Source: an uncultured Deinococcales bacterium
GTDB lineage: Bacteria; Deinococcota; Deinococci; Deinococcales; JAAFIG01
Assembly (NCBI GenBank): GCA_964244895.1
Contig: CAXTKV010000105.1
Coordinates: 1 to 17,824 of the forward strand
Direction: 5' to 3'
DNA: 17,824 bases
Part shown: positions 1 through 10,772 of the stretch, in pieces
Position numbering within the stretch: the stretch's first letter is position 1
How the letters are laid out: each line of letters starts with the position of its first letter
Made by a program: the position numbers and the translations under genes
Notes under the pieces: model-generated
The model's database searches: none
What the model saw: only the letters and a program-made list of their open reading frames with translations
Told to the model about the DNA's origin: nothing

Positions 1-18
1 CTGAACCCTTCGCATCAT
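1..18 (-). CDS. Possible 5' end (MMRRVQ...) of a gene running off the left edge
   Basis: Minus-strand ATG at 18 is preceded by the SD-like GGGGTGAGG and a TAGACT -10-like hexamer (54-49). Only 6 codons are visible. Confidence 0.35.
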
Positions 19-143
19 GGCCTCACCCCTTTGAATGGCTTTCACGAAAGTCTAGGAGTTTGATCGGCGCAGTGTGATGCAAGTTCGTGACGCTAAAAGA
101 TGCGCTCTCGAACGGCCATCTCGAGCCTCGAGATCGCAAGAAC

Positions 144-183
144 ACCGTCCAGCACGCATTCCCCGATTTGCGTGCTGGACGGT
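144..183. repeat. Paired intergenic box, 25-bp spacing
   Basis: ACCGTCCAGCACGCA (144-158) and TGCGTGCTGGACGGT (169-183) form a perfect 15-bp inverted repeat. Confidence 0.95.
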
Positions 184-318
184 ATCTTTTGAATGCGCCG
201 AACGATATTCTCAACGATGCGATGCCGGAGCACCGCATCAAAAGGCGCGCTGCGCGGTCTCCTCGAGCCATCCGCCATTTGTCGGACGCAGCGCGCGAAA
301 CGCTGTATCGTCCGGGGC

Positions 319-867
319 GTGAAGCGGATCGCGATCATCGGTTCGGGTGGCGCGGGCAAGACCACGCTGGGCCGGACTTTAAGCGAGCGTCTCGGGATTC
401 CCGTCATCCATCTGGACGCGCATTTCTGGACGCCGGGCTGGGTGCCCACACCGCGCGAGGACTGGGTTCAAGCCGAACGCGAGTTGATGCAGCCGGAGGC
501 GTGGATCGTGGATGGGAACTTTTTTCGCACGATGGACGCGAGATTGGCGCTCGCGGACACGGTGATCTTTCTGGATTTGCCGCGCCTGACGTGCCTGGCT
601 CGGGTCTTGAAGCGCCGCGTGCGGTACCACGGGCGATCCAGGCCCGACATGGCGGCGGGCTGTCCAGAAAAAATTGATCTCGAGTTCCTGCGCTGGATCT
701 GGGATTACCCGCGCACCAAGCGCCCCGCGATGCTCGAGAAACTGGCCTCGGTGCGGGCGTCAGGCAGGCGTGCGGTTCACTTGCGATCGGCAAGCGAGGT
801 CGCGCGGTTTCTCGAGGCGGTCAACCGATCAGTTGGCCTTCGCGCTCACGGACGGCGTACAGCCTGA
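319..867 (+). CDS. Adenylate-kinase-like P-loop protein, DNA topology modulation protein (FlaR) family, 182 aa
   Basis: N-terminal P-loop KRIAIIGSGGAGKTT plus IHLD..FW, WIVDGNF and CPEKIDLEFLRWIWDYP motifs. GTG at 319 lies 7 nt after TATCGT (-10-like). The upstream ORF extension looks non-coding. Confidence 0.85.
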   Translation: MKRIAIIGSGGAGKTTLGRTLSERLGIPVIHLDAHFWTPGWVPTPREDWVQAERELMQPEAWIVDGNFFRTMDARLALADTVIFLDLPRLTCLARVLKRRVRYHGRSRPDMAAGCPEKIDLEFLRWIWDYPRTKRPAMLEKLASVRASGRRAVHLRSASEVARFLEAVNRSVGLRAHGRRTA

Positions 868-956
868 ACGCGCGGTTCGAAGCGGCCTTCGTGCATTTCG
901 ACGCGTGCCCGATCGGCCCGACCATGGAAGCGACCCTCAAAGACCATATTCGCGGC

Positions 957-1376
957 TCAGAATCGCAAATCCCACAGCACGCCGAGCGCCTGCGCCAGTT
1001 CCCAGTTTCGGACGATCACCACGTCGGTCTTGAAGGTGCTGTAGGCCATGATCGAAACGCCCGCCTGCGCCAACGCGCCCGTCAATTTGGCCATCACACC
1101 GACGGTTTCCAGCGGGAAATCTTGCGCCAATCGAATGGCTCGGTAGCCGTGCTGCGCGGTCGCCTCGGGGTGTTCGGACGCGACCTGCTGCCAGCGTTCG
1201 ATCTCGATGATCACGGTGATCTCGACGGGATCGTGAATCACGACGGTCAGGTCGCCACCTTCGGGCAAGCGCAAGCTCGAGCCGGACGGGATGCTGACCA
1301 GGGCGTACTCGCCCTCGAAGACTTGAAGGATGTCGGTGCCGCGCGTGAATTGGCTCGAGACTGGCTTGTGTTCCAC
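957..1376 (-). CDS. ACT-domain protein (ACT_7/CASTOR-like), 139 aa
   Basis: C-terminal VGVMAKLTGALAQAGVSIMAYSTFKTDVVIV is typical of this family. Confidence 0.8.
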   Translation of the reverse strand: MEHKPVSSQFTRGTDILQVFEGEYALVSIPSGSSLRLPEGGDLTVVIHDPVEITVIIEIERWQQVASEHPEATAQHGYRAIRLAQDFPLETVGVMAKLTGALAQAGVSIMAYSTFKTDVVIVRNWELAQALGVLWDLRF

Positions 1377-1447
1377 AAAGACCCCACTTGAAGATTAACG
1401 CATGCGTTACCGCGCTCGGGTTCAAGGTTCGGGCGCGAAAGAAAAAC

Positions 1448-1497
1448 ATCGTCCAGCACAGTGTTTTCCCGTCTCGAGAATTCGCGTCCGGGACGGT
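1448..1497. repeat. Paired intergenic box, 35-bp spacing
   Basis: ATCGTCCAGCACAGT (1448-1462) and CGCGTCCGGGACGGT (1483-1497). CTCGAG lies in the spacer and the pair abuts a stop codon. Confidence 0.8.
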
Positions 1498-1869
1498 CTA
1501 TCGGTGCGAGAGATTGAAGAACACGAAGCCCAATGCGGCGGCGGCGCTCCAGGCGTTCCCCAGCACCATGCCCCACGGTTGATTCGGTGGATCTCTCAGG
1601 ATGCGCCACATGAAGCCGCCCTCGATCAGGCCCCTGGTGTAGAAAATGCCCGCGCCGACGAACACGACCAGGTATTCCAGGACGTACCGCAGGTTTCCGG
1701 TCGCCAGGCCGACCAGGACGGTGATCAACCACAGCAAGCCGACGGCGTTCAGGGCCGCGAAAAAACCGGGCGGCAGTTGGGTTTTCTGAGCGAAGACGAT
1801 GAAAGCCCAGATGGCCAGCCCGGCCAGTGAGATCATCAATAACAGGGTCAGGATTCCGACGAGGTTCAT
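1498..1869 (-). CDS. Small integral membrane protein (about 4 TM), hypothetical, 123 aa
   Basis: Four hydrophobic stretches. TACAAT (1881-1876) lies 6 nt before the ATG. Confidence 0.75.
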   Translation of the reverse strand: MNLVGILTLLLMISLAGLAIWAFIVFAQKTQLPPGFFAALNAVGLLWLITVLVGLATGNLRYVLEYLVVFVGAGIFYTRGLIEGGFMWRILRDPPNQPWGMVLGNAWSAAAALGFVFFNLSHR

Positions 1870-1951
1870 GGGCGCATTGTATCGGCGTCGCGCGCGGTCT
1901 CGGAGGGACGGCTGCCTCGGGTCGCGTGGATGGAGCGTGATTCTGAGGAAG

Positions 1952-2001
1952 GTCGTCCAGGACTGGATTCTTGATTCGCAAAAAAGAGCTTCCAGGACGG
2001 T
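1952..2001. repeat. Paired intergenic box, 35-bp spacing
   Basis: GTCGTCCAGGACTGG (1952-1966) and AGCTTCCAGGACGGT (1987-2001), followed by GTTCTCGAG. Confidence 0.75.
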
Positions 2002-2122
2002 GTTCTCGAGGCGTTTTCTCGGGTTGACGAAAGGCCACCACGGTTCATTACTCGAGCCGAAGTGCGCCGTGTGATTGGAAGGTCATGGCGAGCCCTGAAT
2101 CACCGCCTCAGAGATCGAAAAC

Positions 2123-2137
2123 ACCGTGCTGTACGTA
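2123..2137. repeat. Single variant intergenic box upstream of the gyrB promoter
   Basis: gaaaac-ACCGTGCTGTACGTA-ttttc. Its first 13 nt are the exact reverse complement of the variant arm at 4548-4560. Confidence 0.7.
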
Positions 2138-2147
2138 TTTTCTTGCC

Positions 2148-2176
2148 TTGCATTCCTCGTGTGCAGGGTGTAGAAT
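2148..2176 (+). promoter_or_regulatory. Sigma-70-type promoter of gyrB
   Basis: TTGCAT (2148-2153), 17-bp spacer, TAGAAT (2171-2176). Confidence 0.7.
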
Positions 2177-2198
2177 CCATTGAAGTCGGGACGAGCAA

Positions 2199-2215
2199 TT
2201 ACGCTCGGGACAGAA
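2199..2215. promoter_or_regulatory. RDRM (radiation/desiccation response motif, DdrO operator)
   Basis: 17-bp TTACGCTCGGGACAGAA fits TTMYG-N7-CRKAA. It lies just downstream of the gyrB promoter, and gyrB is an established member of the Deinococcus RDR regulon. Confidence 0.75.
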
Positions 2216-2253
2216 TAACTTCCCCGCATTCGAGTCTCGAAGCTGCACCCTGA

Positions 2254-4314
<2,061 letters not shown>

Positions 4315-4331
4315 AATCGTCGATTCTTCAG

Positions 4332-4357
4332 AACCCCGCCGCACGGCGGGGTTTTTT
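4332..4357 (+). terminator. Intrinsic terminator of gyrB
   Basis: AACCCCGCC-GCAC-GGCGGGGTT hairpin running into a T6 tract. Confidence 0.9.
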
Positions 4358-4377
4358 CTTGCCCGAGATACAAAAGC

Positions 4378-4427
4378 ACCGTTCACCACGATATTCTCGA
4401 GAATTTAGAAACACCGTCTGGGACGAT
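4378..4427. repeat. Paired intergenic box, 35-bp spacing (degenerate)
   Basis: ACCGTTCACCACGAT (4378-4392) and ACCGTCTGGGACGAT (4413-4427), with TTCTCGAGAA in the spacer. Confidence 0.7.
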
Positions 4428-4520
4428 CTCCTGATGGGTATCGCCGTAGAGCAAACCCCGTGTTCACCCTCGAGATTCAGCTTGAATCACCGGGACTCGT
4501 CACGCTCGAAAACCAGGAAC

Positions 4521-4560
4521 ACCGTCCAGCACGCATTCCAGACAGCGCGTACAGCACGGT
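4521..4560. repeat. Paired intergenic box, 25-bp spacing
   Basis: ACCGTCCAGCACGCA (4521-4535) and CGCGTACAGCACGGT (4546-4560). Confidence 0.9.
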
Positions 4561-4596
4561 GTCCTTATGAATGATCGGCTATGTCATCTGGCGGAC

Positions 4597-4624
4597 TTGA
4601 CGCTTTCCTGACGCGCGCTAGACT
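4597..4624 (+). promoter_or_regulatory. Promoter of ssrA
   Basis: TTGACG (4597-4602), 16-bp spacer, TAGACT (4619-4624), 25 nt before the mature 5' end. Confidence 0.7.
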
Positions 4625-4649
4625 CTAAAAGCCACAGACGTGGCCCTGC

Positions 4650-5004
<355 letters not shown>

Positions 5005-5008
5005 CGAC

Positions 5009-5050
5009 AGAACGCCCCGAGATCAATGCTCGGGGCGTTCTCGTTGATTT
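5009..5050 (+). terminator. Hairpin/terminator downstream of ssrA
   Basis: 13-bp perfect stem AGAACGCCCCGAG / CTCGGGGCGTTCT followed by CGTTGATTT. Confidence 0.75.
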
Positions 5051-5150
5051 CAGGGCGTTTCTCGAGAATTCGGTCGAGCTGAGTCTCGAAATTGGAGAGT
5101 GCGCTGGCATCTCCTACCAAGGCAGGGGGACATAAACATAAATCGAGAAC

Positions 5151-5190
5151 ACCGTCCAGCAAGCGTTTTTAAATCTGCGTCCTGGACGGT
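5151..5190. repeat. Paired intergenic box, 25-bp spacing
   Basis: gagaac-ACCGTCCAGCAAGCG ... TGCGTCCTGGACGGT-attctc. The right flank abuts the bshC stop codon. Confidence 0.9.
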
Positions 5191-5196
5191 ATTCTC

Positions 5197-6771
5197 TTAA
5201 ATTTCCAGGATGTGCGAGCCGTGGTGATCGAGGGCCAGCAGACGTTCCAGCGTGTACGGGCCGTATTTCATCAGGAAGGACAGGAAGTTTTCGCTGCGCT
5301 CCTGGGGCGTGCCGTGCGGTTTGAGGTGCAGGTTCAGGCGCTCGAACTGGCGGTCGGCGGTGTCTTCCAGGCGCACCAGGCTGGCGGCGACCTTGCGTTC
5401 CAGGCGGGCGACGTGACCCAGCACGCTCGAACGCGAGCGTTCGAGCGCACCATCCAGGCTCGGATCGAGCGGGTCGAGGTTTCCGGCCAGGCGTTCAAAC
5501 GCCAGTTCCAGGTCGACCAATCCAGCCCTGAACGATTCCGCCGCGCCGGATCGTTGCAGCAGCGTGCGTTCCAGGCTGCCGCGCGGGTCGTTGACGAAGG
5601 CGGTGGAATCCAGATCGTAGCGCACCAGGATGCGGCGCGTGGGCGGCTCGAGCCAGGTGACGCTCATTCGGGGCCACAGGAGGGGTTGCGGCACGTTGTG
5701 CAGCGCGTACACGCCGGAAAGCTCGAGCTGGTAGGCCAGTTCGGACGGACCCAAGATGCTGACGGCGGAGGGAAAGACGGCATCCGCCAGCGTGGGGCGC
5801 AGACCGGCGGCGGGCGTCAGGCGGGACGGATCGGCGTCCAGGATCGCCTCGAGCTCAGCCGCAGAATAGGTGCGTTCGGCGTGAAAGCCGTGATCATCGA
5901 AGCGCAGCAGGCGGCGCTCGCCGTCTTGACCTTCCAGGAACAGGTTGGTGCTGCCATCGGGTCGGCGCAGTTGAGGCGCGAAGCCCAGCGCCTCGAGCCG
6001 GATGGCGGCCTGCTCGATGGCTCGCGTGCCCGCCAGAGGGTCGCGCAATTCCTGGCGGATGAACGGCGCGAACAAGGGCGCGAATTCTGGCGTTAATGGG
6101 TCAACCACGACCAGCCCATGAGATCCGAGCAAACCGGACACGATCCGCGCGAACCACTCGGCGTAGTTGCCGGATGCGCGCGCAGCGGATTCAACCATTT
6201 CCAGCACGGGTTTCTTGAACTCTTCGGGTGCGGCAAAATCTTGGAGTTCGTCCAGACATCGTTCCAGCCACGCGTCCTGAATGGTGATCCGACCGACCGG
6301 TCGGTTCTGGGGTAGCTCGAGCGCAATCGCGTGTTCGCGCTCCTCCAAGTCCAGCAACCGCGCGCTGGCGACCTCGGCGGCGTCGTGATCCTGACTGGCG
6401 ACCCAGAACACGGGAATCACCGGGCGGTCATCGCGGTCAGCCTGACGCGCCAACAGGATCGTGTTGACGGCCTTCGAGATCGTGTACGCGGGGCCAGTCA
6501 GCAAACCCGCCTGTTGACCCGTGATGATCACCCTGGAGGCCGGGTGCACCAGCCGTTTGGCGTTCTCGAGCGCTCTCTTCGGCGCGTCGATCCTTTTCAG
6601 GTACGCCACTGCCGCCGCCCCAAGCGACACCCGATCGGCTGGGTGCGCGCCTTCGATCGCCGCGTCCAGATCGCCCGCCGGGACGCGGTGAAAATCGCTC
6701 AAACGTCCATCTTTGTACGCCTCGAGCCACGACGGTGACGCGCTGGGTGTCTGGGCAGTCTCGAGCGGCAT
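5197..6771 (-). CDS. bshC: Bacillithiol biosynthesis cysteine-adding enzyme BshC, about 524 aa
   Basis: IITGQQAGLLTGPAYTISKA, PVFWVASQDHD..EV, GPSELAYQ, PRMS and PQER motifs. The ATG at 6771 was chosen because TAGAAT (6785-6780) lies just upstream. Confidence 0.92.
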   Translation of the reverse strand: MPLETAQTPSASPSWLEAYKDGRLSDFHRVPAGDLDAAIEGAHPADRVSLGAAAVAYLKRIDAPKRALENAKRLVHPASRVIITGQQAGLLTGPAYTISKAVNTILLARQADRDDRPVIPVFWVASQDHDAAEVASARLLDLEEREHAIALELPQNRPVGRITIQDAWLERCLDELQDFAAPEEFKKPVLEMVESAARASGNYAEWFARIVSGLLGSHGLVVVDPLTPEFAPLFAPFIRQELRDPLAGTRAIEQAAIRLEALGFAPQLRRPDGSTNLFLEGQDGERRLLRFDDHGFHAERTYSAAELEAILDADPSRLTPAAGLRPTLADAVFPSAVSILGPSELAYQLELSGVYALHNVPQPLLWPRMSVTWLEPPTRRILVRYDLDSTAFVNDPRGSLERTLLQRSGAAESFRAGLVDLELAFERLAGNLDPLDPSLDGALERSRSSVLGHVARLERKVAASLVRLEDTADRQFERLNLHLKPHGTPQERSENFLSFLMKYGPYTLERLLALDHHGSHILEI

Positions 6772-6835
6772 ATCGGCGCATTCTAGGGTCGCAAAGTGCA
6801 GGCCGGGTGTCTTGCACGCGACGGATGGAGGGTCG

Positions 6836-6955
6836 TGGGGAGTCAAAAGTCAGGGGTCACAAGCAAAAGCTGAAGTCGAGCCCGTGGGCGCTCGAGATTT
6901 GAGCGATGTTATTTTGGCGGGGTTCCCTCTGACTCCCGACCTCTGACCAACCCCA
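6836..6955. repeat. Inverted heptamer tandem repeats
   Basis: GGAGTCA-AAAGTCA-GGGGTCA (6839-6859) faces TGACTCC-CGACCTC-TGACCAA (6930-6950), closed by TGGGG/CCCCA. Confidence 0.6.
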
Positions 6956-6961
6956 ATAAAT

Positions 6962-6976
6962 ACCGTCCTGGACGAC
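6962..6976. repeat. Single intergenic box
   Basis: aaat-ACCGTCCTGGACGAC-actt. No clear partner box. Confidence 0.7.
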
Positions 6977-7016
6977 ACTTCTCGGCACCAAAAACCGAGT
7001 CGCGTCGCGGGCTGCG

Positions 7017-7025
7017 TGTTAGAAT
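7017..7025 (+). promoter_or_regulatory. Extended -10 promoter of the phosphatase-glycosyltransferase operon
   Basis: TGtTAGAAT about 40 nt upstream of the ATG at 7067. Confidence 0.55.
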
Positions 7026-7066
7026 TTGCGCGATTGCGGCTCAGCACCGCAGGGTGGAGCCAGAAG

Positions 7067-7867
7067 ATGCGATTGAAACTCGAACTGTTGCCGCGCGGCC
7101 CTTACCCAGACGTGGTTCTGGTGGTGGACGTACTGCGCGCCACCACGACCGCACCTTTACTGTTTGAACGCGGGCTCGAGACGCTGTTCGTCACGCCGTC
7201 CATGCGCTCCGCGCGGTCTTACGCCAGTCGACACGAGCTCTTGCTGATCGGCGAACGCGATGGGCTGCCGCCGGAGGGATTCAATTACGGCGCGTCACCC
7301 GCCGATCTTTCAACCGTGGATTTTCACGGCAAGAGCGCCGTGCTGACCACCCAGAACGGCCCGAGCGCCCTGAGGGTCGTCAAGGGCGCGAGGCACGTGT
7401 TGTTGGCCTCTTTTTACAACGCGCGGGCCGTCTGCGATGCCGCGCTGGAACTGGCCGTGCGCGATGGGTTGGAAGAAATCGCGATCGTCTGCGCGGGGCA
7501 GGCGGACGCGGAATCGCTCGATGACACGCTGACGGCGGGCTTCCTGGCGCGTCGGATCGAACGGGCCTACCAGACGCGTTTCGGTGAGAATTTAGAGCTT
7601 CTGGACGCGGCCAGGATGTCCATCGCGCTCCTGAAGGCTTTCCCCGACCCGCAAGAGGGGCTGTTGCAGTCCACGGCGGGCGGCATCCTGGCGCGGCTCG
7701 GGCTGCACGAGGACATCGCGTTTGCATCGCTGGTCTCGCAGACGGACATGGTTCCGGCGCTGCGGGAAGTCACGGCCTGGGAACCCGAACCGCTGTACCG
7801 CTTCGAGGCGTTGCCACTCGAGCCCCAGAATTGGGAGCCCCAGAACCTGGAGGCCGGAACGCCGTGA
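7067..7867 (+). CDS. comB: 2-phosphosulfolactate phosphatase (ComB) family protein, 266 aa
   Basis: VVDVLRATTT, GERDG...GFNYGASP, TTQNG, LASFYNA and CAG...SLDD motifs. GGAG SD lies 7 nt before the ATG. Confidence 0.85.
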   Translation: MRLKLELLPRGPYPDVVLVVDVLRATTTAPLLFERGLETLFVTPSMRSARSYASRHELLLIGERDGLPPEGFNYGASPADLSTVDFHGKSAVLTTQNGPSALRVVKGARHVLLASFYNARAVCDAALELAVRDGLEEIAIVCAGQADAESLDDTLTAGFLARRIERAYQTRFGENLELLDAARMSIALLKAFPDPQEGLLQSTAGGILARLGLHEDIAFASLVSQTDMVPALREVTAWEPEPLYRFEALPLEPQNWEPQNLEAGTP

Positions 7868-8601
7868 CCAGCGCACCATCCAGCGTGAAGGCGCAACCGG
7901 AGCGGGTCTCGCTGTTGGGTTTGCCGCTCGACATGGTCGATCTGGACGGCGCCATTCAAGTGCTGCGCGGCTGGTTGCGCGAGCCTGCCGCCAGAACCGT
8001 GATCACGCTCAACCCGGAAATCGTGGTGCAATCCGAAACCGACGCGCCGCTCTGCGAGGCGATCCGGGGCGCAGACCTGGTGACCGCCGACGGTGTCGGG
8101 ATCGTCTGGGCCGTCAAGCAGCGCCTGAAACGAGATGCGCCCGGACGCGCCACGGGCGTGGATCTGGCCATCAAACTGATGGAGCTCGAGGGGCCGAACC
8201 TGCGCGTGTACTTCCTGGGCGCGAAACCCGGCGTGGCCGAACGCGCCGCCCAAAAAAGCCTCGAACGTTTCGGGATCGTGATCGCTGGGGCTCGAGACGG
8301 GTATTTCGAGCCCGACCAGATGGATGCCGTGGTCAACGCCGTGCGCGAATCGAAAGCCGACCTGCTTTTGACCGCGCTGGGCGCTGGACGCCAGGAGACG
8401 TTCAACCAGAAGCACCGCCCCGCCCGCGTGTCCATCGGCGTGGGCGGCACGCTGGACGTGCTGGCGGGCGAGGTCGAACGCGCACCGGAATGGACGACCC
8501 GGCTGGGCATCGAATGGGTCTGGCGCATCACGACCATGCGCCGCTGGAACCGCGCCCGGCGTCTGGTCGAATTCGTGGGCCGGACGTTGCGCGCGAAGTA
8601 A
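7864..8601 (+). CDS. WecB/TagA/CpsF family glycosyltransferase, 245 aa
   Basis: TLNPE, ADLVTADGVG, GRATGVDL, YFLGAKPGV, DGYF, GVGGTLDVLAG and RAPEW...LGIEW motifs. GTGA start/stop overlap with the upstream gene. Confidence 0.92.
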   Translation: MTSAPSSVKAQPERVSLLGLPLDMVDLDGAIQVLRGWLREPAARTVITLNPEIVVQSETDAPLCEAIRGADLVTADGVGIVWAVKQRLKRDAPGRATGVDLAIKLMELEGPNLRVYFLGAKPGVAERAAQKSLERFGIVIAGARDGYFEPDQMDAVVNAVRESKADLLLTALGAGRQETFNQKHRPARVSIGVGGTLDVLAGEVERAPEWTTRLGIEWVWRITTMRRWNRARRLVEFVGRTLRAK

Positions 8602-8623
8602 CATACCCTGCAATCTCGAGAAC

Positions 8624-8663
8624 ACCGTCCAGCACGCATACTTAAAAACGCGTCCTGGACGGT
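8624..8663. repeat. Paired intergenic box, 25-bp spacing
   Basis: ctcgagaac-ACCGTCCAGCACGCA ... CGCGTCCTGGACGGT-gttct. Confidence 0.95.
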
Positions 8664-8743
8664 GTTCTTTGTTCCTTTTGAACTTCTCGCCCATGCCCGA
8701 GGCTCCCCTCGAGACTCGAAATACCTGTACCCTCACGCCCTTT

Positions 8744-8771
8744 GCTTGCGGCTCACGGCTCGTGGCTTGCA
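8744..8771. repeat. Degenerate heptamer tandem repeat (4 units)
   Basis: GCTTGCG GCTCACG GCTCGTG GCTTGCA. Confidence 0.6.
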
Positions 8772-8835
8772 GCCATCCACCCCATTTGTATCCACCCTTG
8801 ATGCGAACTTCACCCCTTCAGGGTAAAACCGATTC

Positions 8836-10665
8836 ATGCGCGAGCAGTTGACAAAAACAGTTCTGCAACGTCTGACATGGGCGATTCTGCTGATCTCGAG
8901 CCTGAGTTCCGTCGGCTTCGCGCAAGACCCGAAGGTCGGGCTGATCGTGGCGGGCGGCGTGGCGCGGGGTTTTTCTTATCTGGGCGTGATGCAGGAACTG
9001 GTCAGGAACGGCGTGCCGATCGACGCGCTGGTCGGTACGTCGGCGGGTGCGCTGGTCGGGGGCTTGTACGCGAGCGGCTATTCGCTGGAGACCACCGAAC
9101 GCATCCTGAGTGAAATGAGCCAGCATCAGAGCGAGCTGATTCGCGTGTCCTTCCCACCGTTGAAGGGCCTGCTGGACCTGGGCGGTTTCGAGGTCACGTA
9201 CCGCGCGCTGGTCGGTGGCGTCAGGCTCGAGGACACGAGCCCGCGTTTCGCGGTGATGGCCACCAGGTTGCAACCCGGCCCCGGCGTGGCGCTCGAGCGG
9301 GGGGATCTGGCGGCGGCGGTGCGCGCCTCGATCAGTTTGCCGTTCGTGTTTCCGGCGGCGCTGTTCGAGGGCAATTACTACGTCGATGGCGGTCTTCGCA
9401 ACCCGCTGCCGGTCGATGTGGCCAGAAAAATGGGCGCAGACGTGGTGCTTTCCGTGCGTTCGGCCTCGGAATTGCCCACCCAGGCGCAGTCGTTGTCCGA
9501 CAGCCTGACGCTGACGCTGTACGCCCTGACGGCGCGCGCGGATCAGGAAAAACCGGACGCGTCCGTGCGCGTGCCGCTCGAGGACGCGCTGTTTTTTGAT
9601 TTCGGCGCGGCTCCCAGGTTGATAGAGCGCGGTCGGCAGGCGGCCAGGGTGGAAATGCCGAAACTGCTGGAAGAATTGCGCGCACGCGGCGTGCGACTGA
9701 CGGACGGCACCGATCCGAACGCGTCGAATCCCGTCAACGCCGAATGGCAATCCCGGCTCGAGCGCGGCCTGAACGAATCGCGCGCCCTGCCGGGACCGTT
9801 CACGCTCGCACCCCAGATCGAGGTCGGCCCCTCGAGTTACGCCTTCGGAACGCGCCCGAACGCGCCGGATGCGTTCATTGGCCTGGGGTTGGGCGCTTAT
9901 GTCGGCGGCGGGCCGCTCGGCGGGTTTTCGGTGGCGGGCGGGTACGTGGAACTGTTCGATCAACCCGGCGGTAGCGGCTACCTGAGCGCCGATTACGATT
10001 TCCGGGGCGGCTGGCGCGCCTACGGCACCTTCGACCCATCGCGCAGACCTTCCGGCGCATCCTGGGCGCTGGGCGTGGCGCAACAGGGACTGGGCTACGG
10101 CGCGCACCTGGAGGCGGACGCGCTGGCGCTCGGGCTGGGCGGGAACCTGCGCCTGAACGGGGACGGCACGCGAACAACGCTGAATCTCGAGGCGCGCTTC
10201 GGTTACGCGCCGTCCTTGCGGCTCGAGGGCAGCGCGGCGCTCGAGTGGAGCCTGCCGATGGACGGCCAGACTGGATCGTGGGTGCTGCGCGCTCGGGCGC
10301 TCGGCGGATTGACCACGGGCGGTGCGCAGGGCTTCAGCCTGGGCGCTTCCAGTTTGCTGCGGGCCTACCCGAACGGTTTTGCGGTCGCGCCGCAGGTCGC
10401 CATCGGCAACCTGGAATTCGCGTACCGTTTCGACGTTCCCAACTTGGTCGGGTTGGCCAGCGCCACGCCCGAATTCCGGGCTTTTCTGGACGCGGGGCTG
10501 GGCCTGGACATCAATGCTGGGCGCTCGAGCTTGCTGTGGGATGTCGGGCTGGGCGTGAGCTTGCCGGGGCGCTGGTTCGGCTTCGTGCCGTTCGCGTTCG
10601 GTCTGGACGTGGCGGTGGGCGGTGCGGGCTGGCGCATCAACCTGTTCACGGGCGTACCGTTCTGA
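8836..10665 (+). CDS. Secreted patatin-like phospholipase fused to a C-terminal Omp85-like beta-barrel (PlpD/type Vd-like), 609 aa
   Basis: Signal peptide (..VGFA/QD), then AGGVARG, GTSAG and DGG patatin motifs. The C-terminal half has amphipathic strands with LRAY, FLDAG and a terminal Phe. Confidence 0.85.
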   Translation: MREQLTKTVLQRLTWAILLISSLSSVGFAQDPKVGLIVAGGVARGFSYLGVMQELVRNGVPIDALVGTSAGALVGGLYASGYSLETTERILSEMSQHQSELIRVSFPPLKGLLDLGGFEVTYRALVGGVRLEDTSPRFAVMATRLQPGPGVALERGDLAAAVRASISLPFVFPAALFEGNYYVDGGLRNPLPVDVARKMGADVVLSVRSASELPTQAQSLSDSLTLTLYALTARADQEKPDASVRVPLEDALFFDFGAAPRLIERGRQAARVEMPKLLEELRARGVRLTDGTDPNASNPVNAEWQSRLERGLNESRALPGPFTLAPQIEVGPSSYAFGTRPNAPDAFIGLGLGAYVGGGPLGGFSVAGGYVELFDQPGGSGYLSADYDFRGGWRAYGTFDPSRRPSGASWALGVAQQGLGYGAHLEADALALGLGGNLRLNGDGTRTTLNLEARFGYAPSLRLEGSAALEWSLPMDGQTGSWVLRARALGGLTTGGAQGFSLGASSLLRAYPNGFAVAPQVAIGNLEFAYRFDVPNLVGLASATPEFRAFLDAGLGLDINAGRSSLLWDVGLGVSLPGRWFGFVPFAFGLDVAVGGAGWRINLFTGVPF

Positions 10666-10692
10666 ACGCCAGTTCAGGCTTAGGCCACAAAG

Positions 10693-10742
10693 ACCGTCCC
10701 AGACGGTGTTTTGCCTGATTCAACGGCACCGTCCAGCACGCA
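10693..10742. repeat. Paired intergenic box, 35-bp spacing
   Basis: ACCGTCCCAGACGGT (10693-10707, a perfect 6-3-6 dyad) and ACCGTCCAGCACGCA (10728-10742). Confidence 0.85.
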
Positions 10743-10772
10743 CCACTGGTCACCTTGCCGTAGACTGAAGGC

